Positions 54,170 through 62,806 of a DNA stretch of 62,806 bases are shown in pieces. This DNA is from Octopus bimaculoides (lineage: Eukaryota): assembly GCF_001194135.2 (NCBI RefSeq), contig NC_068981.1, forward strand, positions 186,050,502 to 186,113,307, read 5' to 3'. The translations under genes and the position numbers were made by a program. Positions within the stretch are counted from its first letter, which is position 1; every line of letters starts with the position of its first letter. The notes beneath the pieces were generated by a model. The model had not been told where the DNA came from. It saw only the letters and a program-made list of their open reading frames with translations, and made no database searches.

Positions 54170-55975
54170 TGTATGTATGTTTCTTCTATTTTTTTACTTA
54201 TCATAAATCTTCCACTGAGGAGGGACCCGGTCTCTGACTACGATACAAGGTTCCATCTATGGGATGCAGTTAATACAGACAAATTCACATTTGGACATTA
54301 GAAAAGTCTTGTATATTTTTTACTGTTCAACTAACAGAGTGCACTTGTAATGTACGAATTAGCCGTTCGATTTCTCTTTCTGAAAATCCCAGTTTACCTA
54401 GGTTCTCCTTTAAGCATTTACTAACAAAACCTAGTGCTCCAATTATTATTGGTATGAACATAAATTCATAGTCTGGATATAGAAGCTGGTGGTTTCGAAG
54501 CAGTTGTCCCATATGTATCCTCTTTTTCTTTGATGTTCAAAGAGATATTTATATCTGTAGGGCAGCTGACCTCTATGATGGTACATACCTTTGTCTCTCT
54601 ATCCCAAACAACAATATCCAGCCTGTTATGTTTACATCTGACAGACGTATTCATGGGAATATTCCACCAGTATTCCTTGAGTTGGTGTTTATGAATGTAT
54701 TCCATAACAGAGGGATTTTCTAAGTCTCTTTCAGGACAGTCTTTTTGCAGATGGCATTGTAAACTGTTTTAGCGACAAAATGGTGCCGCGTAGGGAGGTA
54801 GAACCATCGCGATATTTTAGAACAGCTACTAATCACATGCGTGATGTCTTCCAAAGAAACATGACATAGACTGCACATGCGGTTGCATCTTGGGATTACA
54901 GGAGCGTCGCTGTCTCTCTTGTTCATCAGGTACTTTGTAGCAATCTCCTGTTCCTGAATTGCAAAAGCATAACCCTCAAATTGTGATGTGATGTAGTGGT
55001 CCTGTGTCCAATTGAAACTGTGCTTCGTGTCAATTCTATCGTCTTCCTCAAGCTTCCGGGTAACATACCCATGCATAGTCTTATTTTATTTTTGCATGTT
55101 CAGTGCTTTCCATTCAGGTCTTCTCTGAGGTAAGAGAATCCAGCTGTTTTGGGGCGGTATTGGAGATCATAAAGAACACAGGGCTTCGTGAAGAGCTCAC
55201 TGCCAACTCGTACAATCTTGCCCGCTTCACTTTTCAGCACTGCATGTATATATTAATTTTTGCTGCTGTTGTTTAGCAGGTGTTGTCTGGGTGATATCAT
55301 ACGGCATTCGAAGGCCGTCTGCACTGATGTCAGGCCTCTACCACCTTCATTTCGTCCTAGATAGAGCCTATGCACATCACTATTTCTTTTGAAGTTCCAA
55401 GCTGTTGTCAGGACTTTGCGGGTTTTGATATCTATGGAGTGGATTTCCTCTACAGACCAATCAAGTATCCCAAATGTTGGGATCAACACTGGTACTGCCA
55501 CTGCACTGTGGGATATTGTTTTGTGTAAGAGGAGAGTTCCGACTGCCATATTTTCCTTAGTCTTATATAATATTCTCGAGGGTCAGTCCATCTTTATTCC
55601 CAGTGCCTTCATATGATATATTTTCATCTGTGCCTAGGTACTTCTAACATTCTTTGGGTGGAATGGGGGAGATAGAGAGAACGTTGATGCACAGGTTTGG
55701 GTTTGGGGAACTGACTTTCCTCGTTCTATAAACAAATATAAACATTTCATTTGGCGAAATTCCATGCCTATATCAGCTGAATATGTTGATATTATTTTGG
55801 CATTGTTAATATTTTTAAGCATAAATCTTCAGGTCGTCTACAAAACAATTATGAGTTACATTGATATTTCTAGCAGTTGAAGATCCTAGCATGTAACCAT
55901 TTGTTTTGTGCAGTAGGAACGATAATGGATTCAGTGCCAAAATGAAAAGAAGTACAGAAAGGCTATCTCCCAGGA
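54170..55975 (-). mobile_element. Degenerate R4/Dong-like LINE, 3' ~1.8 kb: RT C-terminus, CCHC knuckle and RLE, flanked by (TATG)n
   Basis: Reverse frames: HNCFVDDLKIYA (RT YxDD), SDVHRLYLGRNEGGRGL, FEGYAFAIQEQEIATKY, CSLCHVSLEDITHVISSC, HNRLDIVVWD...IIEVSCP, FIPIIIGALG; several frameshifts and stops. Confidence 0.93.
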
Positions 55976-56159
55976 ATATGTGTGTATGTATGTATGTGTG
56001 TATGTATGTATGTATGTATGTATGTATGTATGTACGTACTTATCTATGCCTGTATGTGTGCATGCGTGTGTTTATGAGTGTGTATATACAGAAGCATAGA
56101 TGTAGACATAGATATATGGATATATGTCTATGTAACTATTGCATATATTTACCTACACG

Positions 56160-56285
<126 letters not shown>

Positions 56286-57689
56286 GCCTAGATATATGTA
56301 AACAAATATAGATGTGTGTATGTGAGAGAGAGAGAGAGATGTCCCTGGGATTAAATATTACACCCACCATCGTTTGTATTTGTAAGTTCATTATAAATGT
56401 TATATTTATGTTTATTTAAGTCTAACACTGAAGCCAATATGAAGTCTAACACTTATATCAATACGTTTATTAATTGAAACCTGGACAGCGTCTACACTAT
56501 ACAGCGAGACCTTGGTACATATACAGGAAAATAGTCAGTTTTTGTTTCGTTTGGTTCCTAATCGAGTGGAAATACAAAGAAATGAAGTTATGTGGAAGAA
56601 AAACACTTGAAGTCCTTTAAAAGATTCATTCGCATTGACTTTGCCGATTTCACGATTATATGATTTTCGATTGGAATAACTGTTGATAAATAATTCACTT
56701 CATATGACACCATGAAGAAGAAAAAATGAAAATGGAGATTTTTTGTTTGGCATCATACTGAAGAGTCTAGGGATTATAAATTCTCAGTTGGTAGATTTAG
56801 ATAAGGGATTATTTCAGTATCAGTAGGGAATAATTGTTTCACTACTATCGATAATAAAATACTTTTGAATAGTGGTTTACATGACGTTTTTTTTTATTTA
56901 GTTACATGTCCAATGAGTATCTTTAGATATTTTGAATGTGCTGTTTTGATGTCTTGTTTTTGAAATGTGACTTTCTTTTAAATAGGAATATCATTTGAGT
57001 GTCATATAGATGTTGGTATATGTATCGTATTCATATGCTGTTAAGATTTTTATATTTTTGCTATGTATTTTTCAATCAATATGTTACATTTGTCACTGTA
57101 TCATACCTGGTTTTGTCAGATAGGTATATCGGTATGCCTTATTTTTGTTGCACCTAATTTCAAATTGTCAATTACGGGTTTGTGCATAATACTTGAATTC
57201 GAACTTGATGACGATGACCTGTCATTCTCTTATATATGTTAATTCATTATTCTTCAAATAGACGGGAATGGTAGTAATGGTTGTATAATGATACGCACAC
57301 TAACGTACCGAAACATATTCATAAAAACGTTTATTTATACGTATAAAACTTAGAAATACGACGGCAAACGACATCAGAGAGAACCACAGGGATCGATACA
57401 TGCATTTACAAAGGACACTAGAGTATTTTCAACTGGGGTCGATCTAATCGACTGGTCCCCTCCGCAAAAATGTCGTGTCTTGTGCCTAGAATAGAAAAGA
57501 ATATCATTCGGCCGGTACTTCTGTACTAAGTTTGAGATTTACATAATATTGTTTTGTGTGTGTTTAATTATGACCAAACGAGCTGCCTCAATTTAAGTAC
57601 CTAATTCAACTGAATTGTATGCACACACACACACATATATGTACTCTTTTTTCTTTAACTCTTTACCTTGTTTGATTCATTTGGCTACC

Positions 57690-58032
57690 ATATGCATCAA
57701 AACCATATGTGCGCGACATAGTCATCTCATATCAAGATAAACAGCATATGACATTGTAGGTGAGGTCCAGTTAGATGTTTTTCAGGTCGAGTAGCCTATT
57801 CCGCTCAAAAGGTTCCTGAATAAGGCTTGTTTAAGGATGTTGAATAAAACACCCATGTTTCCAAAAGTGAATTATCCAAACCCCAAGAATTCCCCCCAAC
57901 ACATAGCTATGATGCACCCCACTACTTCTGCACGTGATCAGAGATGCACATATCGCCAGCCACTCAAATGATTAAGGTTAAAAAACTGACAAGCAAATTT
58001 GTGGTATTCAACAGAATATTTGCTGTAGCTCA
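57690..58032. repeat. Unclassified dispersed repeat, copy 2
   Basis: Homologous to 32905-33270 in the same orientation. Confidence 0.85.
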
Positions 58033-58104
58033 TATGTATGTATGTAGTTATATATGTATGTATGTAGTTATATATGTATGTATGTAGTTATATATGTATG
58101 TATG

Positions 58105-58440
58105 TCATTATTCAGTTTATTTCAAGATTTCTTGCCAATAGAGAAAGAACTGGTTTCTAAACTAGATCAAGGTTCCTTCATTGGAATGTATGTATGTATG
58201 TATGTATGTATGTATTTATGTATGTATGTATGTGTAGATTTGTTTGTTTTTTGTATGTATTCTCATGCATATAGTTATATATCTAGCCATGCTAATATAT
58301 AATTTAAATGATAAACTTCTGGAAAATTTTACAGATGTTTACAGTTCCAGTAATGGATTGGATCTGTAGTCTTCGAATTAGCTTTCTCCTTTATGGTTTT
58401 GAGATGCCTAATTTCTCAGGATTGATATTTAGGCAGTGTG
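58105..58440 (-). mobile_element. RLE LINE 3' end interrupted and flanked by (TATG)n
   Basis: Reverse frame PEKLGISKP*RRKLIRRLQIQSITGTVNICKIFQKFII*; 3' UTR shared with 37485-37990. Confidence 0.78.
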
Positions 58441-58464
58441 TTACATTGTATGTATGTATGTATC

Positions 58465-58537
<73 letters not shown>

Positions 58538-59336
58538 CTATCTAATTCGTATAACATTTACAGGCGATACATTCGATTTTATCTTTGATATGTTGTAAAT
58601 ACACATTGCCGTGGATATACCATTGGAATATACCAATGTTATATCCATCCACAGCCTAGTGGCCGGAATCAGTGAGAATAGAAATGTGTTACACTACGAT
58701 TACGGATTCACATTATTGCTGTATCCTTTCCTTTTACTTAAATAACATTGTTTATTTTATTGTTTTCTGAATAATGCTACAAAGTCTTTCCCTTAGAGAG
58801 AAAAACAAACAAACAAACAAAACTAGAAAAATGTATACTGGAAATTCAATTTACTCAAGAAATGAATTGTTTTTATTTGCCGGACGCTTGCCTTTTTCTT
58901 TTCTTCTGCTGTTGTTTCCTTATGATAAAGGTTCAGTTGTAAGAAAATAACAAGAGATGAAATGCTTAGCTCAAAGCAGCAATAACAGTTTGTGGTGCAT
59001 TAAGATATTATTGCATGTTCAGTAAGTTTTGTTTATCACTTGCAGGAAGTAGAATACATCTCGAATCGATTCATGTTTTGCTTACAACCTTCTGAAGATC
59101 TTGTTATATCTCGGTTGGGATCTTTTCAAATTATTCTACAATTCCTATCTTTAATTCTTTACAAGATATCTCAGATATATATTCTGCTCCTCCCTATTTT
59201 CTTCTCTATTTCCCATTGCGTGCCTCTCATTAATATCTTCCCCTTTCGCTCTTCCTTATTATTAACTGTCTCTTCCATACATTTCTATCTCTTTCACTCT
59301 TGCTTTCCCGTCCATTACATCTATCTCGTCTATTTT

Positions 59337-59379
<43 letters not shown>

Positions 59380-59944
59380 TCTCTCTACATTTAACCATTT
59401 CTAACATTTATCACCCTCTTTCGCTCACATTTTCTCTTCTTTTATATCTAATACTTCTATTCCCATTATTTTTTCTCGCTTTCCCTTTCTATGCATGCAT
59501 CACATGTATAACTATCTTTCTTTCTTTCTTTCTCTATTTATTTACTTCTCCCTTTCTCTGTCTCTCTGTCTGTCTCACACCTACATTTTACTGAACCTTA
59601 CGTTTCACCACACAATTCAGGAGACAATGGGGCGCCGTAGATACTTCCAATCCATATGGTGGTTCGGGCTGGCTGTAGATTTCTTTTTATTGTTTATTAA
59701 CGCTACATTTGTCATGCAGTTCCCATTACAATACTGACGTAACTCATTAATACATAAGAATCAAACATCTAATAGCATGAAACGTTGTGAAAAACCGTGC
59801 TGCAGTCAAACCATGTCATTTTCTCCATGCACTTAGTTAATGAAGACTTAATCCTTAGATCCGCATACCGCAAAGAGACATCTTGTCTACTCGTTTACGA
59901 AGATTTTATGATTGTTTAGACGTAAAGGATATTATAGTGTTTAG

Positions 59945-60034
59945 ATGTTGGCGATTTAAATGCTGTCATGGATACAGATATTGTACGACTAGGAGAGTCT
60001 CAAAGTTTAGGGATTAGAACTTTCCATCCTTTCA
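59945..60034 (+). CDS. Candidate internal coding exon (90 nt, phase 1-1): (D)VGDLNAVMDTDIVRLGESQSLGIRTFHPF
   Basis: gtttag|at acceptor, consensus donor a|GTAAGT at 60034/60035, open in the phase-1 frame, continues the heptad pattern. Alternative: remnant of a LINE APE endonuclease (GDLN motif). Confidence 0.38.
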
Positions 60035-60144
60035 GTAAGTAAATTGTTACATGGGAAAGTGATGAGTGTCTTTATTAGAACAATGTAGAGAATTCATTTA
60101 TGGATTTGGGGCCCATTTGATGACGATTAACAACAACAACAACA

Positions 60145-60320
60145 ACGCTTTCTACTATTGATACGAGGTCGGATATTTTGAGGAAAGGGGTTGCTAAATT
60201 ACATCTACCCCAGTACGCAACAGGTACTTATTTTGTCGACCCTGAAGAAACAAAAGACAAAGTCGACCACAGCCACTAACCATTTTCTCCGGTACGCTAA
60301 CGATTGTACTAACTCACTGC
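60145..60320 (-). mobile_element. SINE-B copy (internally deleted)
   Basis: ctaccccagtacgcaacaggtacttattttgtcgaccctgaag...aaagtcgacc... Confidence 0.75.
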
Positions 60321-60335
60321 TTTAATAACAACAAC

Positions 60336-60388
<53 letters not shown>

Positions 60389-60880
60389 GTGGCACGAACA
60401 TAAACCAGAAGGCATCATCGAAAATGATAATGCAAAGATCCAATGAAATTTTATTATTCAGTGCGACTATGGGATAGAAGACAAGAAGCCGGACATTGTG
60501 TTAATTGAGAAAAGAATCAAACGTTGCTGGATCATAGATATAGCATGCTCAGTTGACAACAAGGTATGCGATAAGAAAGAAAGAAAAGTTGATAGATATG
60601 ACAGGTTAGCTTGGGAGGTTAAGCAGTTGTAGTCGATGAAAAAGGTGGTAGTAGTACCAATAATTGTCGGAGCCCTGGGAACAGTGGGTAAAATTCTTGA
60701 GAAATACATAGAACAAACAGGGGCTGCAATAAGTGTGTAGTACTTGCAGAAAACAGCACTGTTTAGAACCGCCCGAATATTCCGGACGATGCTCTAAAAA
60801 TAAGGGGTGTTACCTTAGTTTACTTGTAGTGAACAGCTGGTACCGTAGTACATTTCCAGCGTTAGAAGCTGTGCAAAGAC
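60389..60880 (+). mobile_element. R4/Dong-like LINE 3' fragment (RLE domain) between (AAT)n and an (AAAT)n tail
   Basis: WHEHKPEGIIENDNAKI...KKPDIVLIEK...WIIDIAC...KVDRYDRLAWEVKQL...VVPIIVGALGTV...LQKTALFRTARIFRTML*, showing the PD-(D/E)xK RLE signature with internal stops. Confidence 0.92.
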
Positions 60881-61766
60881 AATAAATAAATAAATAAATA
60901 AATAAATAANNNNNNNNNNNNNNNNNNNNNNNNNNNNNNNNNNNNNNNNNNNNNNNNNNNNNNNNNNNNNNNNNNNNNNNNNNNNNNNNNNNNNNNNNNN
61001 NNNNNNNNNNNNNNNNNNNNNNNNNNNNNNNNNNNNNNNNNNNNNNNNNNNNNNNNNNNNNNNNNNNNNNNNNNNNNNNNNNNNNNNNNNNNNNNNNNNN
61101 NNNNNNNNNNNNNNNNNNNNNNNNNNNNNNNNNNNNNNNNNNNNNNNNNNNNNNNNNNNNNNNNNNNNNNNNNNNNNNNNNNNNNNNNNNNNNNNNNNNN
61201 NNNNNNNNNNNNNNNNNNNNNNNNNNNNNNNNNNNNNNNNNNNNNNNNNNNNNNNNNNNNNNNNNNNNNNNNNNNNNNNNNNNNNNNNNNNNNNNNNNNN
61301 NNNNNNNNNNNNNNNNNNNNNNNNNNNNNNNNNNNNNNNNNNNNNNNNNNNNNNNNNNNNNNNNNNNNNNNNNNNNNNNNNNNNNNNNNNNNNNNNNNNN
61401 NNNNNNNNNNNNNNNNNNNNNNNNNNNNNNNNNNNNNNNNNNNNNNNNNNNNNNNNNNNNNNNNNNNNNNNNNNNNNNNNNNNNNNNNNNNNNNNNNNNN
61501 NNNNNNNNNNNNNNNNNNNNNNNNNNNNNNNNNNNNNNNNNNNNNNNNNNNNNNNNNNNNNNNNNNNNNNNNNNNNNNNNNNNNNNNNNNNNNNNNNNNN
61601 NNNNNNNNNNNNNNNNNNNNNNNNNNNNNNNNNNNNNNNNNNNNNNNNNNNNNNNNNNNNNNNNNNNNNNNNNNNNNNNNNNNNNNNNNNNNNNNNNNNN
61701 NNNNNNNNNNNNNNNNNNNNNNNNNNNNNNNNNNNNNNNNNNNNNNNNNNNNNNNNNNNNNNNNNN

Positions 61767-61806
<40 letters not shown>

Positions 61807-62294
61807 AAATCACTATATATTCCCAAAGTAGATTTCTGGTTATAAACATTTCATTTTTATAACATGGATAATAATTTTTACTTAACTCAACTTCAAAGTG
61901 GAGCTTTCTTCAGTAATTCACGGTTGGAATAATTTTCTAGTAATTCTTCGATTTTCCGTTTTGTATTACATAGCATTTTCCCATGAGCATCATTTATATA
62001 AACTATTTCCGTATCTGTAGTCCAGCTTTTTTTTTTTTATTTTATTAACTTCACATTTAGGATTTTAACCTTTTCTACTGAGTTATTAGTGTCCATTAGA
62101 CAAGCCATGTCAGAAAGAAGTAGTTTGTTTCTCTTTTATATCATTCTCATAGTCATGTTACCAAACGTTAGTAAAGGCGGCGACCTGGTTGAATCGTAAG
62201 CAAACTGCTTACTCCGGTTCTTTATGCTCTGAGTTCAAATACCGCCGACGACATCTTTACCTATCATCTTCACCAGCTGATAGGATTATCCTTT

Positions 62295-62680
62295 TATATC
62301 AAGTTTTGTGGTATCATGAGCCATTCGAGTAGTGAGCTCTTGTTGAGTGAGTTGCATCCAGGTATAGGTTGCATATCTGGTATTCCTTGAAGAAATTTGT
62401 CCAGATTCCGTTTGAAGACGATGAGATCCTTTTTTTCTTTGATCTGTTTCGGGATGATGTGAAATAGGACAGGGCTTATGGAGGAAAAGAAATTGTGTTG
62501 CAGTGTATTTATGTGTTGTGATCCTGAGATGGGTCGGGGACGTAAAGTCCGTAGTCCTAGCCTTGGATGAATTTTGAAGCTAATGTTCAGGTCGTTTGGG
62601 CAATGCTGGTAATATATTCTCCACACGATGTATCGCTCGCATATCAGATGCTGTGAGTAGTTTCCCTAAATCAAGAGAGT
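62295..62680 (-). mobile_element. CR1/L2-group LINE 3' fragment
   Basis: ORF 62294-62626 MWRIYYQHCPND...INTLQHNFFSS..PVLFHIIPKQIK...FKRNLDKFLQGIPD...PG...SLLEW; same family as 25255-25605. Confidence 0.87.
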
Positions 62681-62806
62681 ATGGTTGTTTTAGTATTGTG
62701 TTTTTACCAAAATGCATTAGTTCAAATTTTTCCCCGTCAGTGGATTTGGTAGACGGAAACTGAAAAGAAGCCCGTCGTATATATATATATATATTTATAT
62801 ATATAT

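Overview
AT-rich eukaryotic genomic DNA from a gapped draft assembly. Most N runs sit next to (AT)n, (AG)n or similar microsatellites. The repeat content resembles a coleoid cephalopod, most likely Octopus; this is inferred from recalled SINE and LINE families, not from a search. No complete, recognisable protein-coding gene, rRNA, true tRNA gene or CRISPR array is present, and almost all ORFs in the supplied track are microsatellite or N-gap artefacts. The window is dominated by (1) three tRNA-headed SINE families, here called SINE-A, SINE-B (Meta/MESC-like core) and SINE-C; (2) more than ten 5'-truncated fragments of RLE-type (R4/Dong-like) LINEs sitting inside (TAA)n, (TACA)n or (AAAT)n tracts; (3) CR1 and Tx1/L1-like remnants; and (4) four DNA-transposon derivatives: a Tc1/mariner MITE, a DD41D rosa-type deletion derivative, a hAT-Charlie-like MITE, and an 8-bp-TSD MITE carrying head-to-head telomeric repeats. 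The best leads are: three phase-1 candidate exons on the + strand (17424-17472, 39988-40068, 59945-60034) that join into a signal peptide plus an uninterrupted heptad coiled coil; two ~140-bp near-identical inverted duplications bracketing the first of these exons; recurrent SINE-into-SINE junctions at one site; and a GC-elevated island at ~28 kb with open frames on both strands next to a well-spaced TATA+Inr. All gene models are hypotheses made by eye. Repeat boundaries are approximate (about 10-20 bp) unless TIRs or TSDs define them.
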